Part shown: positions 36,418 to 45,805 of the stretch, piece after piece
How the letters are laid out: every line of letters starts with the position of its first letter
How positions within the stretch are numbered: position 1 is the stretch's first letter
Assembly: GCA_041665405.1 (NCBI GenBank)
Contig: JBAYIZ010000001.1
Coordinates: 26,618 to 90,617, forward strand
Length of the DNA: 64,000 nucleotides
Direction: 5' to 3'
Source of the DNA: Candidatus Magasanikiibacteriota bacterium
Lineage (GTDB): Bacteria > Patescibacteriota > Patescibacteriia > Magasanikbacterales > GWA2-37-8
Position numbers and translations under genes: made by a program
The notes under the pieces: generated by a model
Told to the model about the DNA's origin: nothing
Databases searched by the model: none
Seen by the model: only the letters and a program-made list of their open reading frames with translations

Positions 36418-38684
36418 TATAGATTGATTTCCCAGAGTTTGTTATTATCCAAAATGTAGGCAATTTTATTTTCTTCGTCGATTATCATACTGGATGGGTT
36501 TTTCCATTCTTTGGCAGTAATTTGGTTTTTTAGACGGCCATCTTTTTGCAGAATAATCAAACGTTTGTCGGTATTGTCCAATAAATAAATATATTGTTTA
36601 TCAGTGTATGTCCAAATTTGGCTACCTGTTTTTAACGCTGGGTCTAACCCAGAAATTTCGAATGGTTGTTTATTGCCGGCAGTCAGTTTTTCGATTGATC
36701 CATCGGTGCGACTGACAAACATGTCACCGTCGGTGGTGAGTGATAACCCGTCTTTTATATTAACCGAAATATCTTTTATCCACTCTTTACCCAAGCCAAA
36801 ACCGGTTTTTATATTGTCATGTTTATAAATTTGGTTATTATTTGTGTCTAAACTATAAAGACGACGATTGTAAATAATTAGGCTACTAATTTTAGCATCG
36901 GTTTTGGGATAAGAAACATCAGCTGATTCAAGGGAAAAGTTTTTTGGATTGTAGAATGTGATGGTTTTATTATCAGACAAAATGGCCGCGTAATCATTTT
37001 CTTTTGGTATCGCTAGGTCGTTGAAATTGTTTAGGCTGGTGTTTAGATATTTTGGTTGTTTGGTTAACAAATCATAAATAACAATGGTAGATGAATTGGA
37101 AGGTAATACCAAAATTTGATTATTTATTTTGGCTAGGTGAGCCAAATTCATTGCTTGGGTACTCAACTCGAAAATCAGATCTGGTGTCGCAATTATTTCT
37201 TTGCGGATTTGAGCAAGAGTAGTGTTTATTTGCTGGTTGAACTCGTCGCATTCTTTCTTATATTTTTTACAATTTAACTGAGAGATCAAATTTTTTACTA
37301 TCTGAGATTCGTTGAGGGCGGTAATATCATCTTTGTAAATAGTCGCGCTTTCAGCGATGTCTTTGTGGGCGATAATATCTCTAATGATTTCCTGGGATTG
37401 TTTTTCTTGGGCCAATCGTACTTGGGTAGATCGAATAAAGAGAATACTAGAGATAAAAACGATTAGTATCAAGGCGCTCAAGGTAAAGAAAATCTTGGTT
37501 GTTCTTGGTAAGTTTTTAATTCCCAATTTAAAGATATACCATTGTCTTGACCAATTTTCTAAAATATTACGACGACGATTTTGATAATTGGTAGCGACAA
37601 AAAATAGTAATGATATTCCGTGTCCAAGACTTATCAACAAATTGAAGACAAGTAATAAAAATAGCCAAATAAAGTGAATAGTATATTTGATTCCTATCCA
37701 AGTCATTTTTAAACTAGCATTTAGATATTGTTTGTAAATGTCAAATCTTTGGGGAGTGGGTGGTTTGGCATGATACTGTCTCAGATGAGCTGAGTTGATT
37801 TCCGCTGGCATGGTTGGTGGTAAATTCTTGGGTTGTTTTGATGTTTCATCCTCAAACTCGTCCTGAAAAGCGGTTTTAATTCGGTTGTTCATTTTTGGAA
37901 ACAGTGAAGGTGACATAGTGCTGGCAGTATTTTTTTCTGTTGCAAATAGGTTGTGCAACGATTTCACCGATCCACCTTTTGGAAGAGGCTGTCTCTTGGC
38001 GCTGGTCATGATTGATGGTCTTTCTTCGTTGAGATGGATGACCATACCGCCAAATGAAAATTCGTTTCGGATGTCGGATAATACACGCTCGATATGCTGG
38101 GCACTCTGACGAGATGGGCGAGTAGTAATAATTTTTTGCAGACGATCATCACTAAAGTATTCATTTAGCTGGGGCGTACCAATAAATAGGAAGTCATTAG
38201 GGGTGATTTTACCCTCGACTATTTGAGAGAAAAGTTGGTCGTTGGTTTCACCCTGGTTATCAGAAATCAGATCCATTTTTTTGTATAGGTCATCTTTGGT
38301 TTTATAAAAAAGCAACATTTTGGGATTGCCACAGAATGAAAAAACAATATCCTGTTCTTTGATGACTCCAACGACACAATGACGCTTGATCTGTTCTTCT
38401 TCCTCCAGTTGGTTTTCTCGGTTGATATTTTTTAAAACTGTTTCTAATGAATTCTCACCAATGTTTTGTGGTGCTTCATAATAACGAGATTCTATCTCAT
38501 CAATAATATTTTGTAGTTTGACGATGTCTTTGGTAGTGGTGAAATTTAGTTCACAAACAGCAAAAAAATAACCCTTTTGTCTCTCTTTTTCATTTGAGGG
38601 TTCGGTAATATGAAGGAGCACATGGGACTTTTCCCGGTTACCACCTTCAATAAAAAACTCGTGCAATTGTAGCTTGTAATCCAT
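36417..38684 (-). CDS. Large hypothetical membrane protein (cytoplasmic N-domain, TM segments, beta-propeller-like C-domain)
   Basis: Long ORF; hydrophobic segments mid-protein; repeated YxLD/YLLD strands in the C-terminal part. Confidence 0.75.
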   Translation of the reverse strand: MDYKLQLHEFFIEGGNREKSHVLLHITEPSNEKERQKGYFFAVCELNFTTTKDIVKLQNIIDEIESRYYEAPQNIGENSLETVLKNINRENQLEEEEQIKRHCVVGVIKEQDIVFSFCGNPKMLLFYKTKDDLYKKMDLISDNQGETNDQLFSQIVEGKITPNDFLFIGTPQLNEYFSDDRLQKIITTRPSRQSAQHIERVLSDIRNEFSFGGMVIHLNEERPSIMTSAKRQPLPKGGSVKSLHNLFATEKNTASTMSPSLFPKMNNRIKTAFQDEFEDETSKQPKNLPPTMPAEINSAHLRQYHAKPPTPQRFDIYKQYLNASLKMTWIGIKYTIHFIWLFLLLVFNLLISLGHGISLLFFVATNYQNRRRNILENWSRQWYIFKLGIKNLPRTTKIFFTLSALILIVFISSILFIRSTQVRLAQEKQSQEIIRDIIAHKDIAESATIYKDDITALNESQIVKNLISQLNCKKYKKECDEFNQQINTTLAQIRKEIIATPDLIFELSTQAMNLAHLAKINNQILVLPSNSSTIVIYDLLTKQPKYLNTSLNNFNDLAIPKENDYAAILSDNKTITFYNPKNFSLESADVSYPKTDAKISSLIIYNRRLYSLDTNNNQIYKHDNIKTGFGLGKEWIKDISVNIKDGLSLTTDGDMFVSRTDGSIEKLTAGNKQPFEISGLDPALKTGSQIWTYTDKQYIYLLDNTDKRLIILQKDGRLKNQITAKEWKNPSSMIIDEENKIAYILDNNKLWEINL

Positions 38685-38786
38685 AAACGCTTGTAGTATA
38701 CTATATTTATTGTCGATAGTCCAATAAATATTAGGGGTAAAAGTGGGTAGCTTTCGGCTCATTTAAAATTTAAAAAATAAGTAACT

Positions 38787-39383
38787 ATGCTTGAACACCT
38801 ATTTGGTTCAATAACTCGGATTAAACTTTTACGCTTGTTTTATGGGAATCCAGAACGAGCGTATTTTGTACGTGAGCTTTCTCGCGCTATTGAAATCCAG
38901 CTAAATGCTGTTCGTCGAGAGTTGGCCAATTTAGAGGAAATAGGGATTATCAAACAAATTGAATTTGGTCAATCAAAGGAAGAAGAGGCCGGTACTGAGA
39001 GATCAAAATATTATAAAATAAATACTGGTTTTTTTCTTCATGACGAACTGGGGGCATTATTAGAAAAAACTCAAATTTTGGAAGAGCGTAATTTTATTGA
39101 TTTGCTAAAGAAGCGAGCTGGTGATATGAAAGCCATGATTTTGACTGGTTTTTTTACCAAAGCAGATGAAGTTGGCACCGATATATTATTTGTCGGCAAT
39201 GTCAAAACAATCGCTATTGCCAAGGTGATGCGTGACTTTGAAAAGTTTTTAAATCGTTCCATCCGTTACACTATTTTGGATGAAAAAGAGTTCTCTGAAA
39301 GACGCGAGATTGGCGATCGTTTTCTGTACTCTATTTTTGAGGCTAAGCATATTTTTGCAGTGGATGAATTAAAATTAGGTTAA
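38787..39383 (+). CDS. Winged-helix regulator with nucleotidyltransferase-like C-domain
   Basis: LFGS.TRIKLL, YFVRELSR, NAVRREL.NLE; ILTGFF...TDILFVG. Confidence 0.7.
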   Translation: MLEHLFGSITRIKLLRLFYGNPERAYFVRELSRAIEIQLNAVRRELANLEEIGIIKQIEFGQSKEEEAGTERSKYYKINTGFFLHDELGALLEKTQILEERNFIDLLKKRAGDMKAMILTGFFTKADEVGTDILFVGNVKTIAIAKVMRDFEKFLNRSIRYTILDEKEFSERREIGDRFLYSIFEAKHIFAVDELKLG

Positions 39384-39389
39384 AGTTTT

Positions 39390-39764
39390 ATGTATTTGTT
39401 GATTGATAATTCATTAGATGATAAAGTCGTTTTTCATTATTGCTTGGATACCAAATGGGTTCAGCGAGAATTTGATAGAACCGAGCAAATCATTTTGGGA
39501 TTATTGGAACAGTTATTGTTGGAAGAAAACAAACAGCTTTCAGACTTGCGTGGTTTGGCGGTGGTGGTTGGTAAAGGTAAGTTTACGGCCACCCGTATTG
39601 CCGTCACTATAGCCAACACTTTGGCGTATTCTTTACAGATACCAGTTGTTGCGGTGGATGGTTGGACTGAAAATTTAAAAAAAAATATTCAAGCATCGCC
39701 AGTCGGTCAATACGTTAGTGCACAATATAGTGCGCCAGCCAATATTGGTGGTGTTAAACACTAG
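39390..39764 (+). CDS. tsaB: Short TsaB-like protein
   Basis: LAVVVGKGKFTATRIAVTIANTLAY.L.IPVV (GPGSFTG.R-like). Confidence 0.7.
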   Translation: MYLLIDNSLDDKVVFHYCLDTKWVQREFDRTEQIILGLLEQLLLEENKQLSDLRGLAVVVGKGKFTATRIAVTIANTLAYSLQIPVVAVDGWTENLKKNIQASPVGQYVSAQYSAPANIGGVKH

Positions 39765-39768
39765 TCAC

Positions 39769-41256
39769 ATGTTATCAGATTATCAACGTTATCGTCTTTA
39801 CGAAATTTTACCTGGGTTATCAGTCTGGATGACTTTGATAGTGGGTGTTTTGTTATCGTTTTTCTTTCCATTGATAATGATATATGTGGTTATCATTTTT
39901 GATGTATATTGGGTATTACGTGTGGTCTATTTTGCCTTCTATCTTATTCTATCTTGGAATCGATTTCGCAAGGCGGTCAAGGCCGATTGGATGTCCAAAT
40001 TAAAAACTGAATTTCCGAAATGGGAAGACAAAAAAAATGTAGTATTCTTGCCTTTGGCTAATGAAAATTATGAGGTGGTAGCGGGGACGTTGCAAGCTCT
40101 CTTGAATTCTACTTTTTCAGCGAACAAATTGTATGTAATAATTTCTGGAGAGGCTCGACGTCAGGATAATTGGAACAAAGTGCAAACAAAAGTTAAAGAG
40201 AATTTTAGTGACAAATTTGCTGACATTTTATATTATACTCACCCAGACAACTTGTTGGATGAGATACCTGGCAAGGGATCAAATATTCACAATGCGGAGT
40301 TGGAATTTAAAAAATATGCTGACGCTCGTCAATGGAACTATAGTGAAATTATAATCTCAGTGTTTGATATTGATACGGTCGTACATCCTCAATATTTTGC
40401 TCATCTCAACTATATGTACTGTCTGCATCCACATCCAGAGTTGAGTTCTTTCCAACCTATTACTTTGTATAATAACAACATGTGGGAATCCCCGTCGATA
40501 TTACGCATTATGGCTTTTGGTACTAGTTTTTGGATGTTATTTTCTTTAGCGCGGTTGGATGGTTTGGTGACATTTTCATCCCACAGTATGAGTTTTAAGG
40601 CGGCATTAGAAAGTGGTGGTCATGCCAAGGATATTGTTAGTGAAGATTCTAGAATATTTTTTCAATGTTGGTTGCGTTACAGTGGCAATTATACCGTTAC
40701 CCCTCTTTATATTCCAGTTTCCATGGATACGGTGCGGGATGAAAGTTGGTTTAAAAGTTTGAAAAATTTATATTTGCAACAACGTCGTTGGGCTTGGGGC
40801 ACAGAAAATATTCCTTATCTATTGTGGCAGTTTAAAAAACATCCAGAGATTAGTTGGTGGAAGAAAACGATAATTATGTTTCATGAGTGGGAAGGTAAAT
40901 GGAGTTGGGCTGTAGTAGCGATACTTTTGACCATATTAGGTCGTTTACCGTTATGGGTGGCGAACAATGAAGTTCGTCAGAGCGCGTTATTTTTCAACAC
41001 TCCGCACGTATTAGAAAATTTGATGGCTATGGCCACATTCGGCTTGATTTTCTCGGCAGTTATTAGCATGTTAATTTTACCACCTCGTCCAGAAAGTCAT
41101 CCCAAATATAAGTATTTGTTTATGGTATTGCAGTGGCTATTGGTACCAGTTTCTCTGATTTTATTTTCTTCAGCACCTTGTATTGATGCTATGACTCATC
41201 TCATGTTTGGAAAATATTTAGGTTTTAATGTCTCAACTAAAAAGAGAGCTATATAA
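39769..41256 (+). CDS. Membrane glycosyltransferase family 2
   Basis: GKGSN, DID, SED and QQRRWAWG (QxxRW); TM segments at both ends. Confidence 0.88.
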   Translation: MLSDYQRYRLYEILPGLSVWMTLIVGVLLSFFFPLIMIYVVIIFDVYWVLRVVYFAFYLILSWNRFRKAVKADWMSKLKTEFPKWEDKKNVVFLPLANENYEVVAGTLQALLNSTFSANKLYVIISGEARRQDNWNKVQTKVKENFSDKFADILYYTHPDNLLDEIPGKGSNIHNAELEFKKYADARQWNYSEIIISVFDIDTVVHPQYFAHLNYMYCLHPHPELSSFQPITLYNNNMWESPSILRIMAFGTSFWMLFSLARLDGLVTFSSHSMSFKAALESGGHAKDIVSEDSRIFFQCWLRYSGNYTVTPLYIPVSMDTVRDESWFKSLKNLYLQQRRWAWGTENIPYLLWQFKKHPEISWWKKTIIMFHEWEGKWSWAVVAILLTILGRLPLWVANNEVRQSALFFNTPHVLENLMAMATFGLIFSAVISMLILPPRPESHPKYKYLFMVLQWLLVPVSLILFSSAPCIDAMTHLMFGKYLGFNVSTKKRAI

Positions 41257-41258
41257 AT

Positions 41259-42695
41259 ATGCGTATTTTTAAAATCATTTTAATTACAATATTGGTACTA
41301 CTTATTGGTGTAGCGGGTTTTGCCTATTGGTCTATTCGTTCTGGTAATTTACAAAAAGTGGTGGTCAATGAAGTAGCCAACCAACTAGCATCCAACCCAG
41401 CAGAAAAAAATATTTTGCAAACGGTAATGGGTTTTGAAAAACCCCGCACTTACCTTATTTTGTTTTTAAACAATACTGAGCTACGTCCGGGTGGTGGATT
41501 TATTGGTGCTTATGCGTTATTACAAATGGACAAAGGTACGCCAAATCTATTGAAAGTGGAAGGTACAGAAATTTTGGATAATACAGGCAAAAAAGATTTT
41601 GAATCAGTGGCACCGGATCCAATTACCAAATATTTGAAAGTATCGAGATGGTATTTCCGAGATAGTAATTGGTCCCCAGATTTTGCTAGTTCATCTCAAA
41701 AATCAGTTGATTTATTTTTGAGACAAGGGGGATTGGGAGATGTTGGAGATATTGACGCGGTTATCGGTTTTACTCCAACAGTGATTGAAGAGGTATTAAA
41801 AATACACGGTCCTATAGTAATGAATGGTGAAGAATTTAATGCTGGAAATTTTACAGAAAAACTGGAGTATGAGGTTGAATATGGGTACAGGGCAAAAGGA
41901 ATTGAGTTCGCAGAACGCAAAAATATGTTACGCGATCTGGCATATGGTTTGCTTTCAAATCTGCGTTATGATGTTTTTACCAAATGGCAGAAATATTATG
42001 ATTTATCTCAACGTTTATTAAAAGAAAAACAAGTGGTATTTTTCGCGCGAAACAGTGATGAACAAAATATTTTAGTTGGTAAAGATTGGGCAGGTAAAAT
42101 GAAATTTAACTCAGGCGATTTTTTATTATGGGCAGACGCTAATCTGGGTGCATTAAAAACTGATGCGTCGATAGTGCGCGAATTGAGCTACATGATTTAT
42201 CCGACAAGTTCTGATAAGTTTCTGGCCACTGTCAAAATGAAATATATTCATCAGGGTAAATTTGATTGGCGTACTTCACGTTATCGCGATTACGCTCGTG
42301 TGTTTGTCCCCGTTGGTAGCAGGCTGATCAAGTCTACTGGTACTATGGAAGCCGAAAAATCTACTAAACCCGGGGTGATTGGTTCAGGGATAGAAAATGG
42401 GTATCAATGGTTTGGTGGTTTTATAGCAGTAGAACCAGGTCACACATCGGAATTGAGTTTTTCATATTATTTGCCAGAGAATATTACCGCGGCTATTAAA
42501 AATGGAGAGTATAATTTATTAACCCAAAAACAAATTGGTACCAATAATGTTAAGTTGACTTTAAAGTTGGATTTTGGTAAAAAACTAGTATCGGCGACAC
42601 CGGGTGAAAACCCAATAAAACATGGAGATAATTTGTATGAATTGCTGACAGACTTAAAAGAGGACAGGGAATTTAAAGTAATAATGGGGAAATAG
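41259..42695 (+). CDS. DUF4012 domain protein
   Basis: YLILFLNNTELRPGGGFIG, RDSNWSPDF, DANL...K. Confidence 0.85.
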   Translation: MRIFKIILITILVLLIGVAGFAYWSIRSGNLQKVVVNEVANQLASNPAEKNILQTVMGFEKPRTYLILFLNNTELRPGGGFIGAYALLQMDKGTPNLLKVEGTEILDNTGKKDFESVAPDPITKYLKVSRWYFRDSNWSPDFASSSQKSVDLFLRQGGLGDVGDIDAVIGFTPTVIEEVLKIHGPIVMNGEEFNAGNFTEKLEYEVEYGYRAKGIEFAERKNMLRDLAYGLLSNLRYDVFTKWQKYYDLSQRLLKEKQVVFFARNSDEQNILVGKDWAGKMKFNSGDFLLWADANLGALKTDASIVRELSYMIYPTSSDKFLATVKMKYIHQGKFDWRTSRYRDYARVFVPVGSRLIKSTGTMEAEKSTKPGVIGSGIENGYQWFGGFIAVEPGHTSELSFSYYLPENITAAIKNGEYNLLTQKQIGTNNVKLTLKLDFGKKLVSATPGENPIKHGDNLYELLTDLKEDREFKVIMGK

Positions 42696-42696
42696 T

Positions 42697-43704
42697 ATGT
42701 TTATCAAGAAAATCGGAATTGATTTGGGGACGACAAATGTTTTGGTTTATGTACCTAAAAAAGGGATTGTTTTGAACGAACCCAGTGTAGTGGCGATATC
42801 CAAAGCGGACGGCAAAGTGCTGGCGGTTGGTTTGGAGGCCAAAGATATGTTGGGGCGTACTCCGGATACTATTATTGCTGAACGTCCGCTCAAAGATGGA
42901 GTGATTGCCAATTATCAGATCACTGAAGCGATGTTACGATATTTTATTAATAAGGCTTTGGGTGGTGCGCGTTTGTTTCGTCCAGAAGTGATGGTGGCAG
43001 TACCAGCTGGTATTACCTCTACCGAAAGACGTGCGGTGATTGATGCGACCATCGCGGCGGGAGCACGCGCGGCTTATATTATTAAGGAACCTATAGTGGC
43101 GGCTATTGGTGCAGACATTCCAATCGGTGCCGCTTCCGGGCATATGATTATCGATATTGGCGGCGGTACGGCAGAAATTGCGGTGATTTCTTTGGGTGGT
43201 ATTGTTTCAAGTGGTTCGGCACGTGTTGGTGGATGCAAATTTGATAGAGCTATTATGGAACATATTCGTCAAAAATATAATTTGGCGATTGGGGAGCGTA
43301 CATCGGAAGAGGTAAAGATTACCGTGGGTTCGGCGATGTTTATGGACAAGCCATTGTCAATGGAAGTAAAGGGACGTGATATGATTCATGGACTGCCTCG
43401 CACTATCACTGTGACTTCTGATGATACTACGGAAGCTTTACAACATGAGTTGGGTGTATTGATCGATGCAATCAAAACCGTACTATATGATACCCCTCCA
43501 GAATTATCGGCAGATGTAATGGATAAAGGAATTATTATGTCTGGTGGATCTTCTTTATTGCGTAATTTGGATGAGTTGGTGGCGCAGGCGACTGGCGTGC
43601 CGACTTATTTGGCGGAGGAGCCTCTTTTGTGTGTGGCGAAGGGGACGGGGATTGCATTGGATAATTTGGATAGTTACAAGCGGAGTATTCTTGCGACTAA
43701 ATAA
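42697..43704 (+). CDS. mreB: Rod shape-determining protein MreB
   Basis: IDLGTTN, NEPSVVA, DIGGGT, IGERTSE. Confidence 0.95.
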   Translation: MFIKKIGIDLGTTNVLVYVPKKGIVLNEPSVVAISKADGKVLAVGLEAKDMLGRTPDTIIAERPLKDGVIANYQITEAMLRYFINKALGGARLFRPEVMVAVPAGITSTERRAVIDATIAAGARAAYIIKEPIVAAIGADIPIGAASGHMIIDIGGGTAEIAVISLGGIVSSGSARVGGCKFDRAIMEHIRQKYNLAIGERTSEEVKITVGSAMFMDKPLSMEVKGRDMIHGLPRTITVTSDDTTEALQHELGVLIDAIKTVLYDTPPELSADVMDKGIIMSGGSSLLRNLDELVAQATGVPTYLAEEPLLCVAKGTGIALDNLDSYKRSILATK

Positions 43705-43728
43705 TTTCTTCATTTTTTCAGACAAACT

Positions 43729-43844
43729 TTATAAAACATATATTTTAAAACACGTGTCAGTTTTGTCTTGACAAAACTGCACTCTCACTCACTTCGGCTG
43801 TGAGGCCGAAGTTCCGTGGCGGTTTTAAAATACATGTTTTATAA
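43729..43844. repeat. Branched inverted-repeat element (23-bp terminal IR, two internal hairpins)
   Basis: ttataaaacatatattttaaaac / gttttaaaatacatgttttataa (1 mismatch); internal cagttttgtc/gacaaaactg and acttcggc/gccgaagt. Confidence 0.8.
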
Positions 43845-43877
43845 TGTTTGTCTTCTGAATACGTTAACATTTATTTT

Positions 43878-44987
43878 ATGTTAGTTGGGATTGATTGTTC
43901 GCATGCTAACAAGGTTCAGCGGACGGGGGTGGAGGAATATTGTTGGCAGGTAATTCAGGAATTAAAAAAAATAATACCCGAAGATGTTCGGGTGGTTTTG
44001 TATTCTAATACTAAATTATTGCCAGAGTTGTCTGTGATACCAGCCAATTGGGAAGTGAAGATTTTGACTTGGCCTTTGGGGAAAATGTGGAGTCAGATTC
44101 GGTTGGTGTTTGAACTTTGGAAAAATTCACCGGATGTTTATTTTTCGCCTGGGCAGTTGTTGCCATTTTTTGTGCCAAAAAATTCTGTGGTGATGGTGCA
44201 TGATAGTGCATTTGAGGCGCATCCAAATGCGTATAGATTTTTTGGGAGACAGTATTTAAAATGGATGAATCGGTTGATTATTAAAAAAGCCAAACTAATT
44301 TTAACTTCTACTGAGTTCAACAAAAAAGAGATGTTGAAATATTATTATAATTATTTTATCAATATTTCAGAATTGGAAAATAAGATAAAAGTGATACCTT
44401 TGGCTTATGATGATAAAAAATTCAATTTAGAAAAATCCGCCGGTCAAAATATTTATGGTAAATATATTTTATCTATTGGTCGCCTGGAAGAAAAAAAGAA
44501 TACCAAGAGAATTATTGAGGCGTTTGATTTGGTTAAAAAACAGGTTTCGGATTTGAAATTGGTTTTGGTGGGAAAGCCGGGGACTGGATTTGAAGATGTG
44601 CAATGGGCGATTGAGCACAGCGAGTTTAAAAAAGATATTATTTTGCTTGGGTTTGTAGAAAAAGATGAATTGGTAAATATTTTGAAAAACGCGCAAGTGT
44701 TTGTTTTTCCTTCACTGTATGAAGGGTTTGGCATTCCAGCCTTGGAGGCGATGGCAGTGGGAGTGCCAGTGGTGGCGAGTTGCGGTAATGCTTTGGAAGA
44801 AGTTGGGGGTGGGGCAGTAGATTATGCTAATCCGTTGGATGAGCATAATATTGCCGATGCAATTTTGAAACTATTGAACGATGAAAATTATCGTCAACAA
44901 AAAATACGATTAGGTTTGGAAGAAGAAAAAAAATATTCTTGGCAGAAAACAGCACTATTAACCTGGAATGAGATAAAATCAAAATAA
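43878..44987 (+). CDS. Glycosyltransferase family 4
   Basis: RTGVEEY, GRLEEKKN, FPSLYEGFGIPALEAMA. Confidence 0.93.
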   Translation: MLVGIDCSHANKVQRTGVEEYCWQVIQELKKIIPEDVRVVLYSNTKLLPELSVIPANWEVKILTWPLGKMWSQIRLVFELWKNSPDVYFSPGQLLPFFVPKNSVVMVHDSAFEAHPNAYRFFGRQYLKWMNRLIIKKAKLILTSTEFNKKEMLKYYYNYFINISELENKIKVIPLAYDDKKFNLEKSAGQNIYGKYILSIGRLEEKKNTKRIIEAFDLVKKQVSDLKLVLVGKPGTGFEDVQWAIEHSEFKKDIILLGFVEKDELVNILKNAQVFVFPSLYEGFGIPALEAMAVGVPVVASCGNALEEVGGGAVDYANPLDEHNIADAILKLLNDENYRQQKIRLGLEEEKKYSWQKTALLTWNEIKSK

Positions 44988-45025
44988 TATTTAATAAGCC
45001 TCTGGCTTTTATCTGCATTCGTTCG

Positions 45026-45053
45026 GAAATTAAAAACTATAGTTTTTAATTTC
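45026..45053. repeat. Perfect 28-bp palindrome
   Basis: gaaattaaaaacta|tagtttttaatttc flanked by tcgttcg and tctcactc. Confidence 0.85.
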
Positions 45054-45072
45054 TCTCACTCATTTTGATAAT

Positions 45073-45103
45073 AAAAAATCCTCGATAGAATCGGGGATTT
45101 TTT
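45073..45103. terminator. Bidirectional terminator
   Basis: aaaaaatcctcgat-aga-atcggggatttttt. Confidence 0.75.
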
Positions 45104-45171
45104 AACCCATTAAATTCAGTTCTCTCTTGAATTTAATGGGAGGGAGGGGCCGAAGCGCCGAGAACCTCCGC

Positions 45172-45651
45172 CTAGAGGGAATTCTCGTCGTGGCACCTCC
45201 GGAAATAGAGTTCGCCGAGATGTTGTGCCATGTCCGCGAGACGGTTGGCAGTTTCATCATCGGTCGTTAGATGGCGAACGTTGCGCAGATTTCTCACCTG
45301 CGCTCTGATTTCGTCAGTCGTTGGTGGAACGGATGCCGTTAGGTAGGCCAGTACGTAGGTCGCATGGACCTCATACCAACCACCGAAGCCGACGTTCGAC
45401 CGGAATAGCTCCTGGGCAGTGATCCTTGCCCAGTCATTCCCGGTCAATTTCCACCAAATAAGCGCGATGTCAGCGAGACTATCTCTCGTTGTCACCGCAT
45501 CCTCTAGCTCGCTAGTGGCCAACTCCTGTTGGATGTAGGTTGCTCCGCCCAATTCTTCCAGGGTTTTCCTGGCTTCTTGGTCGGATCCTCTCCGCCACAA
45601 GTTTGTCACCTTGCAGTGAACAAACTCGAGCTGCCTATTTCTTGCGCTCAT
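45172..45651 (-). CDS. GC-rich helical orphan protein (159 aa)
   Basis: ORF with GAGGA 5 nt before ATG; own promoter TTGACA-17-TACTGT (45722-45694); GC well above flanks. Confidence 0.65.
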   Translation of the reverse strand: MSARNRQLEFVHCKVTNLWRRGSDQEARKTLEELGGATYIQQELATSELEDAVTTRDSLADIALIWWKLTGNDWARITAQELFRSNVGFGGWYEVHATYVLAYLTASVPPTTDEIRAQVRNLRNVRHLTTDDETANRLADMAQHLGELYFRRCHDENSL

Positions 45652-45805
45652 GTTTGTCCTCTACAACGTACCGCTCCATGCGGTAAACATTAGACAGTAT
45701 CATAAATTACTGTTTTTGTCAACGGAGTCTGTGCACAACTTTTGACTTTTTTGCTAAAATGTGGTATTATTAAAATAAATAAATAGATTAAATTAAATTT
45801 ATAAT

